In this document: positions 9,143-17,830 of the stretch, piece after piece
Position numbering within the stretch: the stretch's first letter is position 1
Layout of the letters: every line of letters starts with the position of its first letter
From: Thermohalobaculum sp.
GTDB lineage: Bacteria; Pseudomonadota; Alphaproteobacteria; Rhodobacterales; Rhodobacteraceae
Assembly (NCBI GenBank): GCA_965247385.1
Contig: CBDFHG010000005.1
Span: forward strand, 58,764 to 122,763
Direction: 5' to 3'
DNA: 64,000 bases
Translations under genes and position numbers: made by a program
Notes under the pieces: model-generated
Database searches by the model: none
What the model was told of the DNA's origin: nothing
What the model saw: the letters and a program-made list of their open reading frames with translations, nothing else

Positions 9143-10105
9143 TTACATCCAGCCGCGCTCCTTGTAGTACTTGACCGCGCCGTCATGCAGCGGGGCCGAG
9201 AGACCGTCAGAGATCATCTCCGATTCCTTCAGGTTCTTGAAGGCCGGGTGCAGGGCCTTGAACTGGTCGAAGTTATCGAACACCGCCTTGACCAGGACGT
9301 AGACGACCTCGTCCGGCACACTTGCCGAAGACACGAAGGTCGCGCCAACACCGAACGTGGTGATGTCCGGGTTGTCGCCATACATGCCCGCCGGGATGGT
9401 CGCGACCCGGTAGTACGGTGTGTCGGCGATCAGCTTCTCGATCGCCGGGCCGGTCGCATTGACCAGAACGGCGTCACAGGTCGCCAGCGATTCCTGGGTC
9501 AGGGCGGACGGGTGCCCGACGAGCCAGAAATAGGCGTCGATCTTGCCGTCGCAGATCGCCTGCGCGGTCTCGGCCGATTTCATTTCGGCGGCCAGCTTCA
9601 GATCGTCCCGGGTCCAGCCCATCGCCTCTTCCATCACCTCCCAGGTGCCGCGCGTGCCGCTGCCGGGGTTGCCGATATTGACGCGCTTGCCCTTCAGGCC
9701 GGTCACATTCGTGATGCCCGCGTCGCCCCGTGCGATGATGGTCACCGGCTCCGGATGCACCGAGAACACCGCGCGCAGGTCGCTAAACGGACCCGCATCG
9801 GCGAATTTCGAAGTGCCGTTATAGGCGTGGAACTGCCAGTCCGACTGGGCGACGCCGAATTCAAGCTCACCGGCCCGAATGGTGTTGATGTTGTAGATCG
9901 AGCCGCCTGTCGACTCCGCCGAGCAACGGATGCCGTGCTCCTTGCGGTTCTTGTTGACCAACCGGCAGATCGCGCCGCCGGTCGGGTAGTAGACACCGGT
10001 CACGCCGCCGGTTCCGATCGAGACGAACTGCTGCTGTGCGACGGCCGAGCCCGCAGCCATCGCAAAAGCCGCGAGGCCACCTGCCACGAAATGCTTGATC
10101 TTCAT
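9143..10105 (-). CDS. TAXI-family TRAP transporter solute-binding protein
   Basis: It has a signal peptide ([23 protein letters not shown]) followed by [25 protein letters not shown]...[14 protein letters not shown], the characteristic TAXI motif. Confidence 0.9.
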   Translation of the reverse strand: MKIKHFVAGGLAAFAMAAGSAVAQQQFVSIGTGGVTGVYYPTGGAICRLVNKNRKEHGIRCSAESTGGSIYNINTIRAGELEFGVAQSDWQFHAYNGTSKFADAGPFSDLRAVFSVHPEPVTIIARGDAGITNVTGLKGKRVNIGNPGSGTRGTWEVMEEAMGWTRDDLKLAAEMKSAETAQAICDGKIDAYFWLVGHPSALTQESLATCDAVLVNATGPAIEKLIADTPYYRVATIPAGMYGDNPDITTFGVGATFVSSASVPDEVVYVLVKAVFDNFDQFKALHPAFKNLKESEMISDGLSAPLHDGAVKYYKERGWM

Positions 10106-10496
10106 CTTCGTTTATCTCCCTGTCTGTTTTACGAGCCGAGACAACATTCGAGCGCCGGTCCTTGAAGACCCCGGCGTGCCCCCGCCTAGCGCCATCATTG
10201 CCGGAGCCGTGCAGCGATGCAAGACCATTAACCCAATTTGAACTCTGGCGGGACCGGCCTTAGTGCCGCCGTCGCCAGCCTTGTCGCCTTCGCCTGCCAG
10301 AATCCGGGTTCGGACATTTTGGCGTCTGCTGCCCCTGCCGCCACCCCTGCCGCGCATTACCCGCAACAAATAATCCGCATTGTCCATTTGCGACAAAACC
10401 GTTCGTTTTGGGGCCGGACACCTGTGTCCAGAACCCCGATACTCTCGGTGATTCGACACCGCGCGTGAAAAGCCGCGCCAATAAAGGATACCGCCG

Positions 10497-11645
10497 ATGA
10501 CCGTCCACGCCAGCGACCTTGCCGCCGTTACCCAGCCCGTCAGCAGCGCGCGCGGTTTGCCGAATTCGTTCTATATCGACCCGGCGGTTTTCGAGGAGGA
10601 AAAGAAGCGCGTCTTCTTTCGCAACTGGGCGGCACTTGGCTTCGTCTCCGATACCCCTGACCCGGGCGACGCGAAGCCGCTTACCTTTCTTGGCCAGCCG
10701 CTGGTCATGATCCGCGACAAGGATGGAACCCTGCGGGTTTTTCAGAATATCTGCCGCCATCGCGGAATGATTCTGATCAGCAAACCAGGCAAGATCGAAC
10801 GCGCGATCCGCTGCCCCTATCACTCGTGGTGCTACGAACTGGACGGGCGGCTGCGTACGACCCCGCATGTCGGCGGTCCCGGCACCAACCGGCACGACGC
10901 CATCAAACGCGACGAGCTTGGTCTGTTCGAGGTGCGCAGCCACGTCTGGCTGGGGATTGTCTTCGTCAATCTCGACGGCAATGCCCCTGAGTTCGAGGAT
11001 TATGCCGCCGGTGCCATCGCGCGGTATGCCGATTTCGACCGGCCGCTTTTCAAATGCGGTGACGAAGGCACCTTCACCATGGCGGTGAAGGGGAACTGGA
11101 AACTGGCAATCGAGAACGGAGCGGAGAGCTACCATCTGCCGTGGATTCATCCGGGTCTGAACAGCTATTCCCGGCTCGAGGACCACTATCATCTTGATGC
11201 CGACGGCCCTTTCTGCGGCCAGGGCACGACGGTCTACAACCCTATGCTGACCGAGGACGGCCGGCGCTTTCCCGCGTTCGGCGGTCAGGACGAGAAATGG
11301 GCCACGGGCGCCGAATACCCGATGTTCTTCCCCAATGTGATGATCGGCCTGCAGAACGATCACACCTATGGATTCATCGTCGTTCCCGAAAGCCACGACC
11401 GCTCGCTCGAGCACGTTCAAATCTACTACACCGACCCGAAAGTTGCCGGCGAGGAATGGCGGGAAATGCGCGAGATCAATGCCCGGACCTGGCGCGCCGT
11501 GTTCGACGAGGACATCTTCGTGGTCGAGGGGATGCAGCGGGGCCGCCATGCCTCGATGTTCGATGGCGGCAAGTTCTCGCCGGTCATGGATAACCCGACC
11601 CATGATTTCCATGCCTGGATCGCCCGTCAGATGATGGCGCGATGA
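10497..11645 (+). CDS. Rieske [2Fe-2S] non-heme iron oxygenase, alpha-subunit type (382 aa)
   Basis: The Rieske motif CRHRG-x17-CPYHSW (C-x-H-x17-C-x2-H) and the mononuclear iron motif ENGAESYHLPWIH (H-x4-H) are both present. It is divergent from the TRAP operon. Confidence 0.85.
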   Translation: MTVHASDLAAVTQPVSSARGLPNSFYIDPAVFEEEKKRVFFRNWAALGFVSDTPDPGDAKPLTFLGQPLVMIRDKDGTLRVFQNICRHRGMILISKPGKIERAIRCPYHSWCYELDGRLRTTPHVGGPGTNRHDAIKRDELGLFEVRSHVWLGIVFVNLDGNAPEFEDYAAGAIARYADFDRPLFKCGDEGTFTMAVKGNWKLAIENGAESYHLPWIHPGLNSYSRLEDHYHLDADGPFCGQGTTVYNPMLTEDGRRFPAFGGQDEKWATGAEYPMFFPNVMIGLQNDHTYGFIVVPESHDRSLEHVQIYYTDPKVAGEEWREMREINARTWRAVFDEDIFVVEGMQRGRHASMFDGGKFSPVMDNPTHDFHAWIARQMMAR

Positions 11646-11869
11646 ACCGGGCAGCACTGGACGCGGCGCTGGTCGCGGCGCATGAGGCGGGGGACAAGCC
11701 CCGCCTCGTCTCGCTCTACACCCAGGCGGCGGATCAGGCCGAGGCTTTGGGCGACATCGACGCCTGCTGCTTTTTCCTGACCCAGGCTTATGTCTTCGCG
11801 CTGGCCTGCGGCGCGCCGGAGGCAGATTCCCTCCACGCCCGCCTGTTGACCCATGGCCGCGAGGAGTGA
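11642..11869 (+). CDS. Small hypothetical protein (75 aa) translationally coupled to the Rieske oxygenase
   Basis: The ATGA start/stop overlaps the preceding gene. Third codon positions are GC-rich. No family was recognised. Confidence 0.45.
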   Translation: MNRAALDAALVAAHEAGDKPRLVSLYTQAADQAEALGDIDACCFFLTQAYVFALACGAPEADSLHARLLTHGREE

Positions 11870-12029
11870 CCGGAATCCGCTGTCGCCCACAGCGTTGCGC
11901 CGGGATATGCGACCAGCGGCGTGTGTGGGCAAACTTGCGCACAACCCTAACATATTGAAAGACAACAGAAATCGATTCAAGGGTGAATCATGGTAAGGAA
12001 AGCGTGAATCAGATCGACCGCGAAACGCA

Positions 12030-12079
12030 GGTTCTTCGACATATCAAGTGGATTTGACTATATCTCCGAGCGGGGCTGC
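12030..12079. mobile_element. Solo terminal fragment (~50 bp) of an ISL3-family element
   Basis: ggttcttcgacatatcaagtggatttgactatatctccgagcggggctgc matches 58954-59003 with 2 mismatches. That second site is the end of the ISL3 remnant encoding ...IAAPLGDIVKSI. Confidence 0.6.
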
Positions 12080-12193
12080 AACCAGTGGAACCCACCGTGC
12101 AATGTGCACACTCACCGCCACTGATCTCATATCCTGCAAGATGCCCTGGAAACTGGATGCCCGTGTCAAGCATGGGCATGACATCGGTATTGA

Positions 12194-13177
12194 TCAATAC
12201 GGGCGGGTATTGTCCTCACCCTCTTTCACCGCCATCAAATGCCGGGCAATAAACCGCCCCGCGCGATCAACCGTGCTGTTGGCCTCGACGATCATCCCGG
12301 CGAACAGCGGCCAGGCGTGGGGCATGTTTTTCCACAGCTCCAGCGCCACATCGCCGCCAGCCTCGCGCAGGCGGTCGGCCATGGCCACTGCGTCGTCGCG
12401 CAGGATTTCCGATTTCGAGGCGGTGACCAGCGCAGGTGGCGGGGCGTCAAAATCTCCGTAGACCGGCGAAGCCAGCGGGTCGGTGGACATCGCCCCCTGC
12501 AGGTAATGCTCCACGACCTCGCGAAATCGGCGCACCGGCAGCATCATGTCGCGCCGGGCATTTCGGCGCAGGCTGCCGCGGGTCATGGTCATGTCGGTCC
12601 AGGGCGAGAAGGCGACCACGCAGGCGGGTTGGGGCAATTCCTGCTCCGCCAATTTCAGAAGCAGCGAGAAAACCAGCCCGCCGCCCGCGGAATCGCCCGC
12701 TAGCGCGATATGCCGGGCCTCGTGCCCCGATGCCAGCAGGTGCTTGTAGACGCAAAACGCGTCTTCCAGCGCCGCCGGAAAGGGGTGCTCGGGGGCCAGC
12801 CGATAATCGAACAGGACCGAGCGCACCCCGGCGGCGCCAGCCAGATATGCGGCAAGATGACGGTGGGTTCGGATCGACCCCGCCAGAAATGCCCCGCCAT
12901 GAAGGTAGAGGATCACCCGGTGCCGGTCGGGCCGCCCCCGGCTGGCCCACAGCGCCTCGATCAATTCGCCCCCGCCTGCGGTCTGAATGCCGTCCTCGCC
13001 GTTTCGGCGGATCGTATCGGCAACGAAATTGGCATCCTCGGGCGGCTTGAAGACCCGTGCCGCGGCGCGCTCGAAACGGGCGCGCATGACCTGCGGCGTT
13101 TTCATCAGGCCCAGCGCGGTCTTGACCGCCAGCCGCAGGAACAGGCTCAGCAACCGGAGGCGGATGGATCGCCGCAT
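12194..13177 (-). CDS. Alpha/beta hydrolase, HSL-type esterase/lipase family
   Basis: It has the HGGAF oxyanion motif (LYLHGGAFLAGS) and the nucleophile elbow GDSAGG. Its start shares one base with the gshB stop. Confidence 0.85.
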   Translation of the reverse strand: MRRSIRLRLLSLFLRLAVKTALGLMKTPQVMRARFERAAARVFKPPEDANFVADTIRRNGEDGIQTAGGGELIEALWASRGRPDRHRVILYLHGGAFLAGSIRTHRHLAAYLAGAAGVRSVLFDYRLAPEHPFPAALEDAFCVYKHLLASGHEARHIALAGDSAGGGLVFSLLLKLAEQELPQPACVVAFSPWTDMTMTRGSLRRNARRDMMLPVRRFREVVEHYLQGAMSTDPLASPVYGDFDAPPPALVTASKSEILRDDAVAMADRLREAGGDVALELWKNMPHAWPLFAGMIVEANSTVDRAGRFIARHLMAVKEGEDNTRPY

Positions 13178-14121
13178 CAGGTTGCCCGCCGCCCTTCGAT
13201 TGCCTCCCAGATCACCGCGGCGACATTGGTGCCGTCGAAGCGCTCCAATTCCTGGATACCGGTGGGTGAGGTGACGTTGATCTCGGTCAGCCAGCCGCCA
13301 ATGACGTCGATCCCGGTGAAAATCAGCCCTTTCTCGCGCAGGATCGGTTTGAGCCGGTCGCAGATCTCGCGGTCGCGGTCATCCAGGTCGATCTTTTCGG
13401 GCCGGCCGCCCACATGCATGTTCGAGCGGGTCTCGCCGGGTAGCGGCACCCGGTTGATCGCGCCGACCGGTTCGCCGTCGATCAGGATTATCCGCTTGTC
13501 GCCTTTCTCCACATCGGCCAGGAACTTCTGTGCGATCAGCGGCTCGCGGGTGATGCCGGAGAACAGCTCGTGCAGCGCGCTCAGATTGGTGTCTGAACGA
13601 CCCAGCCGGAAGACCCCGGCACCACCATTGCCGTAGAGCGGCTTGAGAATGATGTCGCCGTGCTGCTCCTTGAAGGCACGCAGCGGCGCGAGGCTGCGGG
13701 CGATCAGGGTTGGCGGAGTCAGGTCGAGGAAATCCAGCACCAGCAGCTTTTCCGGGCAGTTGCGCACCCAGAACGGGTCGTTCACCACCAGCGTCTTGGG
13801 GTGGATCATCTCCAGCAGGTGAGTGTTGGTGACATAGCTCATGTCGAAGGGCGGATCCTGGCGCAGCAGCACCACGTCCAACTGGCTCAGATTCCGGGTC
13901 TCGCGCGGGCCCAGGGTAAAGTGGTTGTCCTGCGCGTTGCGAACCTCCAGCGGCCAGCCCGTGGCCATCACCCTGCCGCTGTCCCAGACCAGGTCGGGCA
14001 CATTGTAATAGAACAGCTCATGCCCCCGACCCTGCGCCTCCAGCGCAATGCGGAAGGTTGAATCGGCGGCGATGTCGACGGCCTCAATCGGGTCCATCTG
14101 GATGGCGACGGAAAGCGGCAT
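13177..14121 (-). CDS. gshB: Glutathione synthetase
   Basis: The full-length sequence shows prokaryotic GshB similarity: [13 protein letters not shown]...[13 protein letters not shown]...[13 protein letters not shown]...[12 protein letters not shown]. Confidence 0.95.
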   Translation of the reverse strand: MPLSVAIQMDPIEAVDIAADSTFRIALEAQGRGHELFYYNVPDLVWDSGRVMATGWPLEVRNAQDNHFTLGPRETRNLSQLDVVLLRQDPPFDMSYVTNTHLLEMIHPKTLVVNDPFWVRNCPEKLLVLDFLDLTPPTLIARSLAPLRAFKEQHGDIILKPLYGNGGAGVFRLGRSDTNLSALHELFSGITREPLIAQKFLADVEKGDKRIILIDGEPVGAINRVPLPGETRSNMHVGGRPEKIDLDDRDREICDRLKPILREKGLIFTGIDVIGGWLTEINVTSPTGIQELERFDGTNVAAVIWEAIEGRRAT

Positions 14122-14194
14122 TTACCCTCTCGCGGTGGTCATGTCAGGCAAGCCGCGCCCACCGCCGGGGGCGGGTGCGGCGATGGTTTCCGGC

Positions 14195-14824
14195 TCAGCC
14201 GGTGGCGGCGCCAGTGTCGCCAACCGCGCGCACCCGGCGCGGGTCGTCGATGGTCAATACATGGCTTACCACACGCTCGACACCGCTCACCCCCTGCGCC
14301 CGGCGGATCACCTGATCAAGCTCGTCCTTCGATTTGGCCAGCCCGGTGAGATGCACCACGCGGTTGACCGTTACGACATTGTAGTTCACCGAGTTCACCT
14401 TGGCATCGGTCAACAGCGCGAGACGCAGGGAATTCGAGATCCGCACATCCACCAGGAAGGCCCTGATGCCGCTGTCTTCGGCCACTGTCAGCTCGTCCTC
14501 GACGGCGGTGACGCCCTGGGTTTCCCAGGCGATGCGCGATGCGGCGATCTTGTGTTCGCGCTTCGGAACCGAACCGGTCAGCAGCACGCGGCCTTCGACC
14601 ACATCGACCGAGACATCACGAAACAGCTCGCCGGAATGGTTCAGCAGCCCGTTCACCAGGGTTATCTTGACCTCAGTGTCCCTGAGCGCGTCCATGGTGG
14701 TGCGCTCCTGAACCACAGAACGGGCGACGACGGCAGTGGTTCCGATCACCGCGCCAGTAGGTGTGCAAGCGGCGAGTGCAGGCCCGAGAAGGCTTGCAGC
14801 CACCAAGATGGCCTTGATTTTCAT
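14195..14824 (-). CDS. BON-domain lipoprotein (DolP/OsmY-like)
   Basis: It has a lipoprotein signal (MKIKAILVAASLLGPALAAC) and two BON-like repeats (...VDVVEGRVLLTGSV..., ...VVTVNRVVHLTGLA...). Confidence 0.8.
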   Translation of the reverse strand: MKIKAILVAASLLGPALAACTPTGAVIGTTAVVARSVVQERTTMDALRDTEVKITLVNGLLNHSGELFRDVSVDVVEGRVLLTGSVPKREHKIAASRIAWETQGVTAVEDELTVAEDSGIRAFLVDVRISNSLRLALLTDAKVNSVNYNVVTVNRVVHLTGLAKSKDELDQVIRRAQGVSGVERVVSHVLTIDDPRRVRAVGDTGAATG

Positions 14825-14838
14825 TTGTTTGCTCCGCC

Positions 14839-15089
14839 TCAATGCTCGTCGAAACTGCGGGCGTTTTCGATGATCTCCAGGCGGCCATCGGCACCGGCAA
14901 GCGCGGCATCAAAGCGGCAACCACGGATCGTGCCCGTCTCGTTACTGTGAGTCATCATATAGTGAGTTGCCGCCAATCCCAAGCGTTGCCATTGCCTTTC
15001 TGTAATGGATTCAGCCAATTCGGCCCGATTTTTGCGGCATTAGGTAGCAAAAGCACCAAAATTCCGACCGATTTTTCGCCGTCCACGGG
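14839..15089 (-). pseudogene. yraN: yraN (UPF0102 endonuclease-like) remnant, C-terminal part only, decayed and cut by an IS
   Basis: The minus frame gives ...CRKNRAELAESITERQWQRLGLAATHYMMTHSNETGTIRGCRFDAALAGADGRLEIIENARSFDEH stop. This matches the YraN C-terminus as I recall it from E. coli (..CRFDVVAF.G..VEWIKDAF). An in-frame TAA at 15040-15042 and a frame change lie upstream. No N-terminal half is present, and the IS5-type element begins at 15094. Confidence 0.65.
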
Positions 15090-15093
15090 CTAA

Positions 15094-16565
15094 CAGCCCG
15101 TTGAAAAAGTCGCCATTGACCGGGTTTCACCCCACGACGAAACATAACGCGGCGTCGGCGGTTTCGCCATCCTCCGAGACGATGAGGACGATCCGAGCGG
15201 CCAGAACGGCTCCAGAGGGCGCAACAAGCACGAAAACACCGCCATATCCGCCCGCCACAGCCTGGCGCGGGGTGCCGGCACCGATGAGTTGGCGCATCAG
15301 CAACGAGAGGTTGTGGCCGGCGACGTGAAGCAGGTATCGCTTGTGCACGTTCTCGCGCCCGCGCAGCCAGGTTCGGCGCATGCCGCCGCGATCGAGGCTG
15401 TGGGCAAAGCAGCGCTCGACGATCTCGGCGCGCAGCTTGAAGGCATCGCGGGCGACCCCGGACTTGAGCCGCACGCGGTTGTTGGTGACCGCCCGGCGCG
15501 CCGCCTGGTCATCGCGCCAGCGCGAAAAGCCCTTCTGCCTGGGCTCGGCGATCCGGGTCTTCCAGGGACTGTCGTCCAGGGCCTTCAAGACCGCCCGTGA
15601 GAAATAGCCCTTGTCGGTGACGCATTCGGCCGGGCTCTCTGGCGTCGGTGCCGCAGCCACCGCCTCGAGGTTTGCCTCGGCCGCCGCCAGGGTCTTGAAA
15701 AGCGTCGTGGTGTCGCCCTCATCGGCTGGGTGCAACTCGGCCGCCACCACCGCGCCGGTGTCCGGATCCACCGCGTGCTCGGGCTTGTAGGCCAGATGGG
15801 TCGTGCCGTCCTTCATCCTGGCGACCCTGGCCTCGGGGTCGCTCCTGCAAACCCAATCCTGGTTCGAGAGCTTCTTGCCCTTGCGCTTGCGGTCCAGACG
15901 CGCCAGGTCCTCGGCCGTGGGCGTCTCGATGCCGCTCTCCCGGGCCAGATGCTCCAGCATCTCCCGGTAGCCCTCACCCGTGTCGCGCCGCACGATGTTG
16001 CGCAGCGCCGCGTTGGCCTCCATGGTCGAGGCATCCACCCCGATGCGGTCGCCCTTCACCAGACCCGCCTCGGCGATCAGCGCCAGAACCCAATCGAAGA
16101 CCACCGCGTGCACCTCGTGGGGCAGACGCGTGCGGGTCTTCGACAGCCAGGAATGGTCCGGCACACGATCCCGGCTCTCCAGCCGCAGAAACTCCCGCAG
16201 CGACAGCGAATCCGAGCAGCGCCATTCCAGCCCGCGCTCAGAGTCGATGCCCTCGAAGTAGCCCACCAGATGCATGCGGAAATAGCGCCCCGGCGGCACC
16301 GAAGGCGCTCCCATCCTGGCCGCGTAACAGCACCGGCAGGCCGCTTCGGCGAAGCCGTCGAAGTCGCCCTCGATCAGGACCGACTGAAGACGGTCGTAAA
16401 ACACATGACCCGGCGAGCGCGGCATCTCCGCCCAGCCCACCATCAAATCACCCTGACGATCCTTCTGCAGTCCCATCGACATCGGCGAACCCCCCCGGTC
16501 AAATCAGAATATCATAGAATCAGACCAGGCCGCTCGTGGCCAGTGCCGACTTCGTCAACGGGCTG
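15094..16565 (-). mobile_element. IS5-superfamily insertion sequence with a 4-bp CTAA target duplication
   Basis: The terminal inverted repeats are CAGCCCGTTGAAAAAGTCG (15094-) and CGACTTCGTCAACGGGCTG (-16565). CTAA sits at 15090-15093 and at 16566-16569. Confidence 0.85.
15127..16482 (-). CDS. IS5/IS1182-type DDE transposase (451 aa)
   Basis: PGRYFRMHLVGYFEGIDSERGLEWRCSDSLSLREFL, GVDASTMEANAALRNIVRRDTGE, KDGTTHLAYKPEHAVD and VTDKGY are typical of this transposase group. Confidence 0.9.
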   Translation of the reverse strand: MSMGLQKDRQGDLMVGWAEMPRSPGHVFYDRLQSVLIEGDFDGFAEAACRCCYAARMGAPSVPPGRYFRMHLVGYFEGIDSERGLEWRCSDSLSLREFLRLESRDRVPDHSWLSKTRTRLPHEVHAVVFDWVLALIAEAGLVKGDRIGVDASTMEANAALRNIVRRDTGEGYREMLEHLARESGIETPTAEDLARLDRKRKGKKLSNQDWVCRSDPEARVARMKDGTTHLAYKPEHAVDPDTGAVVAAELHPADEGDTTTLFKTLAAAEANLEAVAAAPTPESPAECVTDKGYFSRAVLKALDDSPWKTRIAEPRQKGFSRWRDDQAARRAVTNNRVRLKSGVARDAFKLRAEIVERCFAHSLDRGGMRRTWLRGRENVHKRYLLHVAGHNLSLLMRQLIGAGTPRQAVAGGYGGVFVLVAPSGAVLAARIVLIVSEDGETADAALCFVVG

Positions 16566-16578
16566 CTAAAATGCCCGC

Positions 16579-17035
16579 ATGGAAGACAACACGATCATCA
16601 ATGGGCTGCTCAAGATTCGGACTGAAACAGCCCAGCAGGTCGGATACGCCCGTAAGCGCCTGGCAGAGCTCCTATCTCACGACTTGGAAGCCATCGAAAC
16701 GTGCTAACCGTCATGGGGCACTATGAGCGGCCACCAACGCCGCTGGCCTATGCCGGACAGTTCAGCCGGGGCGTGCGGCGCATGTTCATCATGGAGTTGT
16801 TGGGCAAGCGCGGGCCGCTTACGTCCGGCGATATCGCGAAAGAGTTTCTAACCCGCAAGGGCCTCAATCCGGATGACAAGACGCTGTTCCGTCGCCAGCA
16901 AGAGGGTATCCACCACGCTCAATCAGATGAAGCAGCGGGGGGTTGTGATACACGAGGGGCGAACTAAGGATGGGAAGGTGCGGCGACGAGGAGTCAAGCC
17001 GCTGAAGAAAGGGTTGACCGGGCTTAATCGCCCGG
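16579..17035 (+). pseudogene. Frameshifted conserved-hypothetical gene
   Basis: Three frames join into one plausible protein: MEDNTIINGLLKIRTETAQQVGYARKRLAELLSHDLEAIE / TVLTVMGHYERPPTPLAY...GPLTSGDIAKEFLTRKGLNPDDKTLFRR / RVSTTLNQMKQRGVVIHEGRTKDGKV. The frame changes fall near 16697 and 16905. Confidence 0.4.
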
Positions 17036-17038
17036 TCA
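17015..17038. terminator. GC-rich hairpin between convergent genes (possible bidirectional terminator)
   Basis: tgaccgggc-ttaatc-gcccggtca forms a 9-bp perfect stem, followed by gttcttgtt on the plus strand. Confidence 0.45.
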
Positions 17039-17057
17039 GTTCTTGTTAGTATACTGC

Positions 17058-17228
17058 TTACTGTTCGTAAACGGGCGCGCTGCCAGACCTTTTCACCAGG
17101 TTGATGGCGTGAAGGCAATCCACCTTGTTGTGGTAGCTCTCGCCTGAGTCCGCGATGATGCGGTTGTTGGCAGCAATCAGACGCCAGCGCCACTGGTGCG
17201 CGGCGTCTTTGTAGATCAGGTATCGCAT
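17058..17228 (-). CDS. DUF1508 (YegP-like) small protein, 56 aa (below the ORF-track cutoff)
   Basis: It translates to MRYLIYKDAAHQWRWRLIAANNRIIADSGESYHNKVDCLHAINLVKRSGSAPVYEQ. This fits the YegP repeat pattern (Y.D..G.WRWRL.A.NG.IIA.S.EGY.....C...I..VK). AGGAAT lies upstream of the ATG. Confidence 0.65.
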   Translation of the reverse strand: MRYLIYKDAAHQWRWRLIAANNRIIADSGESYHNKVDCLHAINLVKRSGSAPVYEQ

Positions 17229-17462
17229 GATCGGTATTCCTTCTTCTAGAGACCGTATCTACTTGTTCAGCTACGGTTTCCGGGGCACCAGATGGTCTCT
17301 GGAAATCCCGGCAGAGAGCGCGCCGAGGCTCAATTCCGGCTTCGGAGTATGGCCCGCGCTGATTTTGACGGCGAGGTCAAGCTCAAAGTCGGGGTGCCGT
17401 CAGGCCCAATCTCCCGACTGGCGGAATGGTGGCGCCTGCGGCGTTTTTCTCGCCTCTGAAAG

Positions 17463-17495
17463 CATTATGGTGCCTCTTGAAAAAACACCATAATG
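17463..17495 (+). promoter_or_regulatory. Palindrome upstream of mqsR (candidate MqsA operator)
   Basis: cattatggtg (17463-17472) and caccataatg (17486-17495) are perfect 10-bp inverted arms 13 bp apart. They lie ~20 bp upstream of the mqsR GTG start, which has a GAGGTA RBS. Confidence 0.4.
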
Positions 17496-17512
17496 GTGCT
17501 ATGTGAGGTATT

Positions 17513-17830
17513 GTGACTGAAAACCGCAAGCCGACCTGTGACCTGGATGCTATCAAATCGACCTTCAGCACAGCAAAAGGCCTTAATGCGACGGGCTCTG
17601 CCATCCGTTCGGCTGCCGCGCTCGGTTTGGGAAGTGCTGAAATCGTTGAGGTCATCCAGTCAATTGAGCGGCGCGATTTTCAGAAATCGATGACGTCCTA
17701 TGCTGATCATCGTGTCTGGCAAGATGTCTACTATGTGCCTTCGGAAGTGGGCGAACTTTATGTGAAATTCACGACCGATGTCGTGAGTGAGTTCTTATTG
17801 TTGTCGTTCAAGGAGAAAGACGATGGCTGA
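17513..17830 (+). CDS. mqsR: Type II toxin MqsR (mRNA interferase), 105 aa
   Basis: FQKSMTSYADHRVWQDVYYVP...LYVKFT...LLLSFKEK matches my recollection of E. coli MqsR (FYKSMTTYSDHTIWQDVY...YLKITV...IVSFKEK). Confidence 0.85.
   Translation: MTENRKPTCDLDAIKSTFSTAKGLNATGSAIRSAAALGLGSAEIVEVIQSIERRDFQKSMTSYADHRVWQDVYYVPSEVGELYVKFTTDVVSEFLLLSFKEKDDG

Noticed and set aside
10260-11942. 560-aa minus-strand ORF
   Set aside because: It is antisense to the well-supported Rieske oxygenase gene. The sequence is Arg/Pro/Gly-rich and low-complexity, typical of shadow ORFs in high-GC DNA.
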